Program-made: the position numbers and the translations under genes
IMG/VR virus record: IMGVR_UViG_3300017780_000967
Coordinates: 1-31,135 of that record
DNA: 31,135 bases
Reading direction: 5' to 3' (one strand)
DNA from: a virus
Taxonomy: Duplodnaviria > Caudoviricetes
Notes under the pieces: generated by a model
Database searches by the model: none
What the model was told of the DNA's origin: nothing
The model's input: the letters and a program-made list of their open reading frames with translations, nothing else
In this document: in pieces, positions 16,718 through 26,011 of the stretch
How positions within the stretch are numbered: position 1 is the first letter of the stretch
How the letters are laid out: the number at the start of each line of letters is the position of its first letter

Positions 16718-17644
16718 ATGGCTAATAGCACTGGTTTTAACTCTACCGTAGCCTCCGCGCTCGGTGGTACCGCTGGTGATGCTGGTTTAGTTCAGAAGGC
16801 GTATGATCGCCTTGTTGAATTCCAGTTGCGCGCCCAGCCACTGCTTCGTTCAGTTGCTGACAAGCGTCCATCAAATCTAACTAACCCAGGTGAAACTGTA
16901 GTTTTGCAGAAGTACAAGGATCTTGCTCGCAAGACCGCTACTCTGTCTGAAACTGCAGACGTTGCCTCTGTTGGTCTAGATACTCCAGATAAGGTTACCG
17001 TTACTCTTAACGAATACGGTAACGCTACTATCACAACCCGCAAGTTGAATCTTCTTTCACTTGCAGATGTTGATCCTGCAATTGCTAATATCATTGCATT
17101 CAACATGGCTGATTCGATTGACGAATTGGTTAAGACTACCCTTATGACCGGAACTAACGTTCGTTACGGTAATGCTGGAACCACATCAACTGGTACCATC
17201 AAGGGTGCTGACGTTCGTTTCGTAGTTGCAAAACTTCGTGCAAACAAGGCTGTTGCTCGTAAGGGTAACATGTTCTGGTCAGCAATTCACCCAGAAGTTT
17301 CACACGATCTTCGTGCTGAGACTGGTGCTGCATCGTGGCGCGATCCACACGTCTACCAAGACACTGCAAACATCTACGCTGGTGAAATTGGTGCCTTTGA
17401 AGGTGCTTACTTCATTGAATCTCCACGTATTGAACGGACCGGTACTATCTACCCTACGTTCTTCGCTGGTCAGCAAGCACTTGCAGAAGTTGTTGCTGAA
17501 GAGCCACACGTGGTGATTGGACCTGTCAATGATTCATTGATGCGTCTACGCCCAATGGGTTGGTACGGTGTGCTTGGTCACGCTATCTACCGCAACGAAT
17601 CACTCTACCGAGTAGAGTCTGCTTCGTCCATCTACACAGCGTAA
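16718..17644 (+). CDS. Major capsid protein (N4-gp56-like HK97 fold)
   Basis: 308 aa with VTLNEYGNA, IHPEVSHDLR, GEIGAFEGAYFIES and GWYGVLG motifs; strongly biased codon usage; SD TAAGGA. Confidence 0.92.
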   Translation: MANSTGFNSTVASALGGTAGDAGLVQKAYDRLVEFQLRAQPLLRSVADKRPSNLTNPGETVVLQKYKDLARKTATLSETADVASVGLDTPDKVTVTLNEYGNATITTRKLNLLSLADVDPAIANIIAFNMADSIDELVKTTLMTGTNVRYGNAGTTSTGTIKGADVRFVVAKLRANKAVARKGNMFWSAIHPEVSHDLRAETGAASWRDPHVYQDTANIYAGEIGAFEGAYFIESPRIERTGTIYPTFFAGQQALAEVVAEEPHVVIGPVNDSLMRLRPMGWYGVLGHAIYRNESLYRVESASSIYTA

Positions 17645-17700
17645 TAACTGTGTAACCTCACTTCCCTGCTTCGGCAGGGAGGTGTTGGTTATGTTGTTAT
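17644..17700 (+). terminator. Long stem-loop after the capsid gene (terminator/attenuator or processing site)
   Basis: cacttccctgc-TTCG-gcagggaggtg core with a cUUCGg loop, extendable to ~25 bp; no clean U tract. Confidence 0.65.
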
Positions 17701-17716
17701 CATATCAGGAGAATAA

Positions 17717-17974
17717 ATGTACTCATTTGAGCCACCAAAAATTATGGAGGGACCAATTGGCGACCATCGTTTATTTGACTTCTATCAAATGCCCCGTGGT
17801 ATTTGTCTTGTAAAGTTAAATGGTGAGTGGTATGAAGATCGTTACCCCATGAATGAAGACTTAGAAAATGCAGAAGATTACTACGTTGGTGGCAATAAGT
17901 ACACTGTCTCTGATACAAAGGCTGCTGAACTAACTGCTGCTGGCTACGGAAGTGGCTTGGTGGGTCCACTATGA
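17717..17974 (+). CDS. Small hypothetical virion protein (85 aa)
   Basis: SD AGGAG; follows the capsid gene. Confidence 0.8.
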   Translation: MYSFEPPKIMEGPIGDHRLFDFYQMPRGICLVKLNGEWYEDRYPMNEDLENAEDYYVGGNKYTVSDTKAAELTAAGYGSGLVGPL

Positions 17975-18201
17975 CATTGTTAGAATCTTTATCTGTGGTA
18001 TCGCTAGCCCTCGGCATTGTTGCTATGTTAGGTAAATTCCTAATAGTTAATCCATTAAAATCTTACATTAAAGAACTGACAAACCCTATTCAGCCACATG
18101 CTAATGGTGGTCGTAGTCTTCCAGACATTGCCCGTACGGTGGACAGGATTGAAAAACGTTTAGATGAACACATTACATTACATCTTAAGGATGAACTATG
18201 A
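17971..18201 (+). CDS. Single-TM membrane protein with NGGxSL coiled-coil motif (lysis/minor protein)
   Basis: Hydrophobic N-terminus, then HANGGRSLPDIARTVDRIEKRLDEH; resembles small actinophage membrane proteins; ATGA overlaps. Confidence 0.65.
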   Translation: MTLLESLSVVSLALGIVAMLGKFLIVNPLKSYIKELTNPIQPHANGGRSLPDIARTVDRIEKRLDEHITLHLKDEL

Positions 18202-18536
18202 GCGGTAAGTATAACATTGTAGCCAAACAGGGTGCAACATTTTCAAAAACATCTACTATCTCAAATGATGGTACACCATGGAACTTAACTGGTTACTCTG
18301 GAAGAATGCAAGTTAGACGTTCATTTAACAATTCTGTAAAATTACTAGACCTAGTATCTCCAACTAACATAACACTTTCAAATGTTGGTGTAATTACAAT
18401 TACTGTACCTGCTTCAGTTATGGCTACCGTTCCATCTGGTAGATGGTTGTATGATTTGGAAATTGAATCAAGCGGTGGAGAAGTTTACAGACTATTAGAA
18501 GGTAGATTCGCAGTGACACCAGAGGTAACAAAATAA
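18198..18536 (+). CDS. Ig-like/BppU-like fibre attachment protein (112 aa)
   Basis: QGATF...[13 protein letters not shown]...YDLEI...[14 protein letters not shown] pattern, immediately before the collagen fibre gene. Confidence 0.65.
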   Translation: MSGKYNIVAKQGATFSKTSTISNDGTPWNLTGYSGRMQVRRSFNNSVKLLDLVSPTNITLSNVGVITITVPASVMATVPSGRWLYDLEIESSGGEVYRLLEGRFAVTPEVTK

Positions 18537-19363
18537 TGTCAAATACAATAATCTCAATAGATGAGCAATCAATTGTTGTTTCTAATGACCAAGGTCCACA
18601 GGGAATCCAAGGTAGTACAGGACCAACAGGACCAACAGGAAGTACAGGTTCCACTGGTTCTACAGGTATTACAGGACCAACTGGTTCTACAGGTGGTACG
18701 GGTTCTACTGGATCAACAGGTCCTACAGGTATTCAAGGTATTCAAGGTATTACCGGACCTACTGGTTCTACTGGTAGCACTGGTTCTACTGGTTCCACTG
18801 GACCTACTGGCGGTACAGGACCAACAGGTTCTACAGGGTCAACTGGTAGCACTGGTCCCACGGGATACACTGGTCCTACGGGTTCAACAGGACCTACAGG
18901 CTCACAAGGTATTCAAGGAATCACAGGTCCCACTGGAAGTACAGGAGCCACTGGTTCATCCATTACAGGTGCAACTGGACCTACTGGTGCAGACAGCAGT
19001 GTAGTTGGTCCTACGGGTGCTACAGGGGCTACGGGACCTACTGGAGCGACTGGCTCTACTGGTGCTGCCTCAACCGTTACTGGTCCTACGGGTCCTGCAG
19101 GCACTAACGGAACTATTGGTGTTAATGGTGTTACTGGAGCAACTGGTCCAACAGGAAGTACAGCATTAGCAATTCAAACAAGTCAACCAGCAACAGTAGA
19201 TGTTCTTTGGTATGACACAGACGAACCTGCAGTTATTGCTGTGCCTATTGGTGGTACTACTGGTCAAGTACTTTCTAAAACAGATGGTACAGATTACAAT
19301 ACTGCTTGGACAACAATCACAATTCCAGAAGATATACATACATTTCTAACGATGGGAGCCTAA
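18536..19363 (+). CDS. Collagen-like fibre protein (G-X-T repeats)
   Basis: About 60 Gly-X-Y triplets, mostly GPT/GST/GAT; fibre motif [12 protein letters not shown]; C-terminus IHTFLTMGA. Confidence 0.9.
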   Translation: MSNTIISIDEQSIVVSNDQGPQGIQGSTGPTGPTGSTGSTGSTGITGPTGSTGGTGSTGSTGPTGIQGIQGITGPTGSTGSTGSTGSTGPTGGTGPTGSTGSTGSTGPTGYTGPTGSTGPTGSQGIQGITGPTGSTGATGSSITGATGPTGADSSVVGPTGATGATGPTGATGSTGAASTVTGPTGPAGTNGTIGVNGVTGATGPTGSTALAIQTSQPATVDVLWYDTDEPAVIAVPIGGTTGQVLSKTDGTDYNTAWTTITIPEDIHTFLTMGA

Positions 19364-19364
19364 A

Positions 19365-19694
19365 ATGGCATTTACATACAAGGTGCTTGCACAAAGTGCA
19401 CCACTAGCAACAACTGCTACAGATATCTACATTGTAGGTTCTGGTAAGCAAGCAGTAGTTTCAACTATTACTGTGGCTAACCGTAGTGCTACTGCAAGAA
19501 CATACCGCATTGCAGTACGCCCACTAGGTGCTACTTTGGCTAACCAGCATTACATTGCTTACGATGTATCACTTGCTGCTAATGACACAACTGCCTTAAC
19601 ACTTGGAATTACTCTTACGGCTACTGATGTTGTAACTGTTTATGCTTCAACTGCTGACTTATCGTTTGGAATATTTGGTACGGAGATTTCCTAA
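19365..19694 (+). CDS. Small beta-rich fibre adaptor/virion protein (109 aa)
   Basis: Thr/Ala/Val-rich beta pattern ending FGTEIS, between the collagen and Gly-rich genes. Confidence 0.7.
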   Translation: MAFTYKVLAQSAPLATTATDIYIVGSGKQAVVSTITVANRSATARTYRIAVRPLGATLANQHYIAYDVSLAANDTTALTLGITLTATDVVTVYASTADLSFGIFGTEIS

Positions 19695-20593
19695 TGGCTG
19701 TAAGAAAATTTAGTACATCTACCATTGTTCAAGGTTCTCCAAGAAGCAGTAAAGTTTATGACCAAGTTGCTGCTGCAGACTTTTCTCTTAACTACTTAGT
19801 TATTGGTGGTGGTGGTGCAGGTCAAAGTGCAGACCGTAGCGGTGGTGGAGGTGCAGGTGGGTATAGAAATTCTGTATCTGGTGAACTATCAGGTGCTAAC
19901 TCTTCTGCCGAAACACCATTAACTCTTTCATTAAGTACAAATTACACGGTAACTGTTGGTGCTGGTGCTGCTAACTCTAACGGAGGTAATTCCGTATTTG
20001 CCACAATCACTTCTATTGGTGGTGGTCAAGGTGTTGGTAACGGTGGCGCTGGTTCCTCTGGTGGTAGCGGAGGCGGAGGCGGATACAACGGTGCTGCTGG
20101 TGGCACTGGAACAGCGTTACAAGGTTTTGGTGGTGGTACTGGTCAAGCCTTTGGTGGCGGCGGCGGCGGCGGAGGTGCTGCTGGAGCAGGTACAGGTCCA
20201 CCTAACTCAGTTGGTCCTGCTGGTACTGGCGGTAATGGATTAACATCAAGTATCACAGGAACTGCTATTACCCGTGCTGGAGGCGGAGGCGGTGGTTGTA
20301 ATGATGGTGGTAGTAGTGGCATTGCAGGTACTGGTGGTGGTGGTACAGGTGGTAGTCCTGCTTCTTCTGGTATTGCGGGAGCAATAAATACAGGCTCTGG
20401 TGGTGGTGGTGCTAAAGGTTATACACCAAATCTTAATGGTGGTTCGGGTGGTTCTGGTGTTGTTATTGTAAGATATCCAGACAATCGTACAATAACAATT
20501 GGTGCAGGATTAACTGGATTTACTACTGTACCTTCAGGTGGATTTAAAGTAACAACATTTACAGCAGGAACAGGAACGGTGAGTTGGTCATAA
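19694..20593 (+). CDS. Glycine-rich (polyglycine) fibre tip/receptor-binding protein 1
   Basis: YLVIGGGGAG...GGGGAGGYR...YTVTVGAG...GGSGVVIVRYP signature. Confidence 0.85.
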   Translation: MAVRKFSTSTIVQGSPRSSKVYDQVAAADFSLNYLVIGGGGAGQSADRSGGGGAGGYRNSVSGELSGANSSAETPLTLSLSTNYTVTVGAGAANSNGGNSVFATITSIGGGQGVGNGGAGSSGGSGGGGGYNGAAGGTGTALQGFGGGTGQAFGGGGGGGGAAGAGTGPPNSVGPAGTGGNGLTSSITGTAITRAGGGGGGCNDGGSSGIAGTGGGGTGGSPASSGIAGAINTGSGGGGAKGYTPNLNGGSGGSGVVIVRYPDNRTITIGAGLTGFTTVPSGGFKVTTFTAGTGTVSWS

Positions 20594-20856
20594 TGGCACA
20601 CTACGCATTTTTAGATAGCAATAACATAGTAACCGAAGTAATTACTGGTATTGACGAAACAGAATTAATTGAAGGTTTAAGTACAGAAGAATGGTATGGA
20701 AACTTTCGTGGACAACGTTGTGTTCGTACCTCTTACAATAACAACATTCGTGGTGTTTATGCTGGTATTGGTTTTACATACGATGAAACTAACGATGTAT
20801 TTGTAGCACCTCCGATGGAATACATTGAAGTCTTTCCCGTAACGGAAGAAATCTAA
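20593..20856 (+). CDS. Small fibre-associated protein (87 aa)
   Basis: MAHYAFLDSNNIVTEVI...RTSYNNNIRGVYAGIGFTYD...FVAP; start at the TAATG overlap (20593). Confidence 0.8.
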   Translation: MAHYAFLDSNNIVTEVITGIDETELIEGLSTEEWYGNFRGQRCVRTSYNNNIRGVYAGIGFTYDETNDVFVAPPMEYIEVFPVTEEI

Positions 20857-21032
20857 TGGCACAATTAAAAGCATATGATAATGGTACTTCAGCATGGATT
20901 CCAGTTCTTAGTCCACAAGGACCTACTGGTCCTACTGGCGCTGTTGGTGCAACAGGTGCAACAGGCAGTACGGGTGCAACACCAACATCAGATGATGATC
21001 AACTCATAATAGCAATACAAGTATTCGGATAG
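20856..21032 (+). CDS. 58-aa mini-collagen connector protein missed by the track
   Basis: [58 protein letters not shown]; TAATG overlap. Confidence 0.8.
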   Translation: MAQLKAYDNGTSAWIPVLSPQGPTGPTGAVGATGATGSTGATPTSDDDQLIIAIQVFG

Positions 21033-21041
21033 GAATATACA

Positions 21042-21410
21042 ATGGCAACGTTTAGTAAAGAACTTCTTTCAGGTTCAACACAAGGTAAAGCAATTAAAGT
21101 TGCTGCCACTACTTCTGGTAGTGCTGGTACAACCCTTCATGCAACTGGCATCTCAGCCACAGTAGAAGATGAAGTTTGGTTATACGCCTATAACTCTTCA
21201 GGAGCAGCAGTAACACTAACAGTTCAATGGGGTGGAGTAACTGCAGTTGATAATGAAATTAAACTATTAGTTCCTTCTCTTTCTGGCTTAACTTTAGTTA
21301 TTCCTGGTTTAATTTTAACTGGTACTGGTGCTGCTGCTAATACAATTTCTGCCTATGCTGGTACAACTAACGTAATCACAGTTTCAGGTTACGTAAACAG
21401 GATTGCATAA
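21042..21410 (+). CDS. Small beta-rich fibre adaptor/virion protein (122 aa)
   Basis: DEVWLYAYN...ITVSGYVNRIA; same position as 19365..19694 in the second cassette. Confidence 0.7.
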   Translation: MATFSKELLSGSTQGKAIKVAATTSGSAGTTLHATGISATVEDEVWLYAYNSSGAAVTLTVQWGGVTAVDNEIKLLVPSLSGLTLVIPGLILTGTGAAANTISAYAGTTNVITVSGYVNRIA

Positions 21411-22381
21411 TGGCTAATCCTTTACACCGAATGGTTTCATCAAGCCAAGTAAGTACTTGGTTTGGTCAAGGTACTGGAAACTTATCTGTTCCAGGTCGCT
21501 ATATTGTCAAACTTAATGTTGACTTTCTTGTTATTGGTGGCGGTGCTTCTGGTGGTCACAATATTGGCGGTGGCGGAGGAGCGGGTGGCTACAGAACATC
21601 TGTTTCTGGTCAAACATCTGGTCGTGGTTCAACAGCAGAATCACAGGAAGAAATTATTGCTGGTGGACAATATACAGTTACTGTCGGTGGTGGTGCTGCT
21701 GCAGGCGTATCCATAGGAACTAATGGTTCAAACTCTGTTTTTGCTGCAATCACTTCACTTGGTGGTGGTTTAGGTGGTAATGAAAATGTTACTGGTGGTA
21801 CTGGTGGTTCAGGTGGAGGACCTGGAGGTTCTGGTAGCGCATCAAGTACTGCTGGTATAGGAACTACAGGTCAAGGTTATAACGGTAGCGGTACACCATC
21901 AGGTGGTAACTCTGGTGGCGGTGGTGGTGGCGGTGCTGGCTCTGCTGGTTCTATTGGTAGTGGTACTGGTGTAGGTGGAGCGGGTGGCTCTGGTCTTTCA
22001 AATAATATTACTGGTACTGCCACAACCCGCGGTGGAGGCGGTGGTGGTGGTATGTTCCAATCTGGTACTAACGGTGCTGCTGGTTCAGGCGGTGGAGGTC
22101 GTGGTGGTGTACGAGCCACAAATAGTAGTACTAGTGCAACAAATGGTGGCAACGGAGACGCTGGAACTGTTAATACTGGTGGTGGCGGTGGCGGTGGAAC
22201 TTGGCACTACTTAATCCAGGGTTACGGTGGAGCAGGCGGTTCAGGAATTGTTATTGTTAGATATCCAGAAACTTACACAATTACTATTGGCGCAGGTTTA
22301 ACTGGTTCAACTCCAGTAGCATCAGGTGGTTACAAAGTAACAACCTTTACTGCTGGTACTGGATTAGTAAGTTTTGCATAA
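21410..22381 (+). CDS. Glycine-rich fibre tip/receptor-binding protein 2
   Basis: Paralog of 19694..20593 (FLVIGGGASG...GGSGIVIVRYP...KVTTFTAGTG). Confidence 0.85.
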   Translation: MANPLHRMVSSSQVSTWFGQGTGNLSVPGRYIVKLNVDFLVIGGGASGGHNIGGGGGAGGYRTSVSGQTSGRGSTAESQEEIIAGGQYTVTVGGGAAAGVSIGTNGSNSVFAAITSLGGGLGGNENVTGGTGGSGGGPGGSGSASSTAGIGTTGQGYNGSGTPSGGNSGGGGGGGAGSAGSIGSGTGVGGAGGSGLSNNITGTATTRGGGGGGGMFQSGTNGAAGSGGGGRGGVRATNSSTSATNGGNGDAGTVNTGGGGGGGTWHYLIQGYGGAGGSGIVIVRYPETYTITIGAGLTGSTPVASGGYKVTTFTAGTGLVSFA

Positions 22382-22476
22382 TGGCTTGTAGAACAGGTTG
22401 TCCTACGCAAGACTGTGAATCATACGCAGACTGCTGTAAATCAATATCAATAGACAAGACAAGTCTTAAATCGTAA
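22381..22476 (+). CDS. 31-aa Cys-rich microprotein missed by the track
   Basis: MACRTGCPTQDCESYADCCKSISIDKTSLKS*; TAATG overlap; ends 1 nt before the next ATG. Confidence 0.7.
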   Translation: MACRTGCPTQDCESYADCCKSISIDKTSLKS

Positions 22477-22477
22477 T

Positions 22478-23542
22478 ATGAAAATAGCGGTTTATGCAAT
22501 TGCTCTCAATGAAGAGAAGCATGTCGAGCGTTGGGTTAATGCTTGCAAGGGTGCAGATGTTATTGTAGTAGCCGATACCGGCTCTACAGATAAGACTGTT
22601 GAACTCCTTAAAAAGCACAACGTGCAGGTACACACGATAGGTGTACAGCCTTTTAGGTTTGATGATGCACGTAACGCTTCCCTAACCCTAGTCCCAAGTG
22701 ATGTAGATGTTTGTGTATCACTTGATTTAGATGAAGTACCGGACCCTGACTTCTTTGACAAGATCAGGACTCACTGGAAACCCGAAACCACTAAGGCTTG
22801 GGTAATGTGGGATACTGGTTCTGTATGGATGAACAATAACCGCATCCATTCCCGTCATGGTTATAGGTGGGTAAAACCCTGCCACGAGATCACCGTTAGA
22901 TCATATCCCGGACCTGACGTGGACATAGTAATAGACACCACCGTAAAACACGTTCCAGACGATTCTAAGCCCCGTTCGCAGTACCTTGGTATGTTAGAGT
23001 GGGCTGTACTGGAAAGTCCCTCAGATTGCCGTATGGTGGCTTATTTGACACGTGAGTATTACTTCTGTAATAAGTGGCAAGAGATACTAGATACCGCCAA
23101 TAAGATGGAAGCCCTGTCTGGTGGTTGGAATGTAGAGCGAGCATCAGTGTATCGCTTTGCTGGTCAAGCCTGCATAGAACTAGGTTTGCCTGATGCTGAG
23201 GAGTGGTTTCTTAAAGGAACTGCTATAGCACCAGATGAACTAGAAGCATGGCTTGGTCTAACTAACTACTACTACATTAAAGAGCGATGGCAAGAATGCT
23301 ATGACGCTGCTATCAAGGTAGAAACTTTAACACCTGGAGATAACTATATCTCTGATCATCAGACCAAGTGGAAGATGCATGACCTCCTCTCCATGGCTTG
23401 CTGGCATCTTGGTAAAAAAGGTTCTGCTAAAAAAAATTCAAGAATTGCTCTAGAGTTAAATCCCGATGACTCTAGGCTTAAGGACAACTATAACTTCTTT
23501 GTTCTTAATACCGTTAAGGAATATAAAGATGCTAAAGCATAG
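22478..23542 (+). CDS. GT2 glycosyltransferase with C-terminal TPR repeats
   Basis: IALNEE, ADTGSTD, FDDARN, LDLDE (DxD) and PCHE motifs, then TPR-like helices (APDELEAWLGL, ALELNPDD). Confidence 0.9.
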   Translation: MKIAVYAIALNEEKHVERWVNACKGADVIVVADTGSTDKTVELLKKHNVQVHTIGVQPFRFDDARNASLTLVPSDVDVCVSLDLDEVPDPDFFDKIRTHWKPETTKAWVMWDTGSVWMNNNRIHSRHGYRWVKPCHEITVRSYPGPDVDIVIDTTVKHVPDDSKPRSQYLGMLEWAVLESPSDCRMVAYLTREYYFCNKWQEILDTANKMEALSGGWNVERASVYRFAGQACIELGLPDAEEWFLKGTAIAPDELEAWLGLTNYYYIKERWQECYDAAIKVETLTPGDNYISDHQTKWKMHDLLSMACWHLGKKGSAKKNSRIALELNPDDSRLKDNYNFFVLNTVKEYKDAKA

Positions 23543-23918
23543 TCATACTGGGAAAGTTGTTAATTGGGGATTAGATGAAAATCATAACTATACTGTTACG
23601 CTTTATGGGTGCACAGATTGTGACGAAGTTTTCCAAACTTCTCCGAGCAATGGAACTATAAACAAGGAACATTCACATACTACGTATGTTGATGGATGTT
23701 TTACTTGCAAGATAGAAACACTTCAATTATCAACTGGTGATGCCAATGGCAGTCTCGTTGCAAATAATTGGACAAATAAAAAATGGGACAGTGAACTAGA
23801 CTTGTATAAGAAGGCAAGATCACAAGGTATCCAACCAGATGGAACAACCACCGATAAGATTCGTCAGGCTCTTGACGTATCAGACAAGACAGGACACGCA
23901 TATGGCTCCGCACTTTAA
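23529..23918 (+). CDS. Hypothetical protein with Zn-binding motifs and KKWDxEL/GIQP domain (129 aa)
   Basis: Preferred ATG at 23529 after TAAGGA; HSH/CTDC and HSH/CFTC motifs. Confidence 0.75.
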   Translation: MLKHSHTGKVVNWGLDENHNYTVTLYGCTDCDEVFQTSPSNGTINKEHSHTTYVDGCFTCKIETLQLSTGDANGSLVANNWTNKKWDSELDLYKKARSQGIQPDGTTTDKIRQALDVSDKTGHAYGSAL

Positions 23919-23936
23919 AGGAAAAGGTAAATAACA

Positions 23937-25382
23937 ATGGCTAAAAAGAAATCAGGCTGGGATGGTCTTTCTGCATCACAGCAGTCAAATTTTAAAGCAA
24001 CTAACTTTAACAAGTCAATTAAGGTATCTGAATCAACTATTCAGGGATTACGTGCTGGAAAAACATTTGAAGGTAACGTAGCAAAGTTTAAGACTGGTGC
24101 TACTGCTGAACAGCGTGAGGCAATGAATCGTTTCTACGGTAAGTCTCGTGTTGATACAGCATTAGGTTCCTCAGTTGCTCCACTTAACAAGACCTATACT
24201 GGTTCTCCCGGTCCATCATTTAAAGGTGTTGGTTCAACTAACTACACATCTCCAAAGAGTGTAACTCCACCAAAGTCTTATACCTATGGACCTGTTCGTG
24301 GAAAGACTCCATATGTTGCACCAAAGTCAACTGGGAATGCCATTACAAATTCTGAAGAATTTAAAAATTGGAGTAAAGCAGCGGCTACTTCTGCTGGTAT
24401 AATAGCAAGTATCTATGGACCAGGAAAGATTAAAGCACTTGCTGGACTTCTAAGAGGCTCTAAGGTAGCACCTAAAGTAGCACCTAAAACACCAATAGCA
24501 CTTCCGGGTCGTACTACACCTAAGGCTATTGGTCCTGGTTATGCAGGTCCCAAGGCTCCTATTGCACTTGGTTCCGGTCCTGTTGGTAGGGCTGCTGCTA
24601 AAACTGCAAGTCTTGATGCTCAGTATGCTGCTGCTTCTGCACGCTCTAAGACTGCTACTCAAGCATTTCAAAAGGCTGTAAAGCAACAGCGTAAAGGTTT
24701 ACTATCTTCTGGTGAAGTTAGGGCTGTTCAAAAAACTGCAGAACTAGAACGCATGGGTGTTGGTATTATTGCTAATAAGGCTCGTGCTTCACGTGGTCTT
24801 AAGCCAGTAGCAGTTAAAGTTGGTCCAGTATTCAAGAATCCTACTACTTCTCGATCCGTAGCGAAGCCCGCTGGTACTGGTAAAACAAAGGCTAATGATC
24901 TACCTACAAGTCAACCAAAGGCTCTTGGTAAGGCTCCTAAGACCGCTAAGAAGTCTCCTACACCTAAGCAGCGCCAAAAGGCTAACACTGCTGGTGCAAA
25001 GGAAATGCGTAAGGCTATTGCTCCTGGTTCAAGTCGTGTAACTTCTGCTGGTAGCAGATCACGTATTGGTGAAACTAAGACTGAGGCTACTCGTGCTCGT
25101 CTAACAAAGCAATTAGAAAAGAAGGGCGATACTTATCGTCAAGAACTTCGCTCTAAGTATGCTGGTGGTAAAAATACTGAGCCTAGTGCTTGGGAAAAGC
25201 GTGTTGCTAAACAAGGTGGCGGACCTAAGTCCGGTGCCTCCGTTACTGCTGCATCTAAAGATGCTGCCAAACGTGGTGTAGATGTAACAGTTGGTAAGTC
25301 GAAAGAAGCAATAAAGGCTGCAAGACCTAAAAAGGTTGCCAAGAAAGTTGCAAAAAAAACTACAACGAAGGGTAAGAAGTAA
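23937..25382 (+). CDS. Long Lys/Ala/Pro-rich basic protein (481 aa) with histone-H1-like tail
   Basis: Very few acidic residues; KVAP repeats; C-terminal PKKVAKKVAKKTTTKGKK. Confidence 0.8.
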   Translation: MAKKKSGWDGLSASQQSNFKATNFNKSIKVSESTIQGLRAGKTFEGNVAKFKTGATAEQREAMNRFYGKSRVDTALGSSVAPLNKTYTGSPGPSFKGVGSTNYTSPKSVTPPKSYTYGPVRGKTPYVAPKSTGNAITNSEEFKNWSKAAATSAGIIASIYGPGKIKALAGLLRGSKVAPKVAPKTPIALPGRTTPKAIGPGYAGPKAPIALGSGPVGRAAAKTASLDAQYAAASARSKTATQAFQKAVKQQRKGLLSSGEVRAVQKTAELERMGVGIIANKARASRGLKPVAVKVGPVFKNPTTSRSVAKPAGTGKTKANDLPTSQPKALGKAPKTAKKSPTPKQRQKANTAGAKEMRKAIAPGSSRVTSAGSRSRIGETKTEATRARLTKQLEKKGDTYRQELRSKYAGGKNTEPSAWEKRVAKQGGGPKSGASVTAASKDAAKRGVDVTVGKSKEAIKAARPKKVAKKVAKKTTTKGKK

Positions 25383-26011
25383 TGGCAATGATTAAGAAAT
25401 CCACACAGAAATACAAGGATGCTAACAGTGATTACAGCGTAAAAGTTTCCGCTTCTACTGTTTCTAAACTAAAGCAAGGAACTAAGGCTAGTAACATTGC
25501 TGCTGCTAACAAGCCTGGTGCAACTGCTGAATACAAAGAAGCGGTTCGTCGTTTCTATGGTAAGGGTGCAGTCTCCACAATAAAGACACCACCTAATATC
25601 AAGCAGACTGGTCCAGTCAACGAAAAATCAAAGAATCCAATTATCCAACGTGGCAATCCTAAACCTACTCAGTCTGAGATTAATTCTGGTAAAAAATCTA
25701 AGGCTGCATACGATAACAAAGTTGCTGCTAAGAATGCTATCGCCCTTAAAGAAAGCCGAATGAATCCAAAGCCTAGCCAGGCTCAGTTAGCCCGTGCTAA
25801 GGCTGCTAAGATTGCTGGTCAGGCTGGTGCTATTAAGGCTACTCGTACAGAGCAAAAGAAACCTACACAGGCTCAACTTGCTAATGCTAAGAACAAGAAG
25901 ATTTCTACCAAGAAAACTGCTGATGCTTACAGGCAACGCAATAAAATTGCACGTGGTACCAATACTCCTAAAGACAAGATGAGCGGCGATCGCTACAAGA
26001 GAGGTTTATAA
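25382..26011 (+). CDS. Basic protein (209 aa), N-terminal domain paralogous to the previous gene
   Basis: Shared SxKVSxST...GATAExxEAxxRFYGK motif; three KP[TS]Q repeats. Confidence 0.8.
   Translation: MAMIKKSTQKYKDANSDYSVKVSASTVSKLKQGTKASNIAAANKPGATAEYKEAVRRFYGKGAVSTIKTPPNIKQTGPVNEKSKNPIIQRGNPKPTQSEINSGKKSKAAYDNKVAAKNAIALKESRMNPKPSQAQLARAKAAKIAGQAGAIKATRTEQKKPTQAQLANAKNKKISTKKTADAYRQRNKIARGTNTPKDKMSGDRYKRGL

Noticed and set aside
18590-19160. Repetitive DNA considered as a CRISPR array or DGR repeat
   Set aside because: The 9-bp periodicity is explained by Gly-X-Thr coding. There is no repeat-spacer structure and no reverse transcriptase in the window.
18561-22214. Alternative-frame and antisense ORFs over the collagen and Gly-rich genes (Val/Leu/Gln-rich or poly-Pro)
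   Set aside because: By-products of GGN/ACN codon repeats, with no independent translation signals.
20450-22381. Similar 3' ends of the two Gly-rich genes considered as a DGR TR/VR pair or invertible cassette
   Set aside because: Differences are mostly synonymous and not adenine-specific, both copies are coding and in the same orientation, and no recombinase or RT is present.
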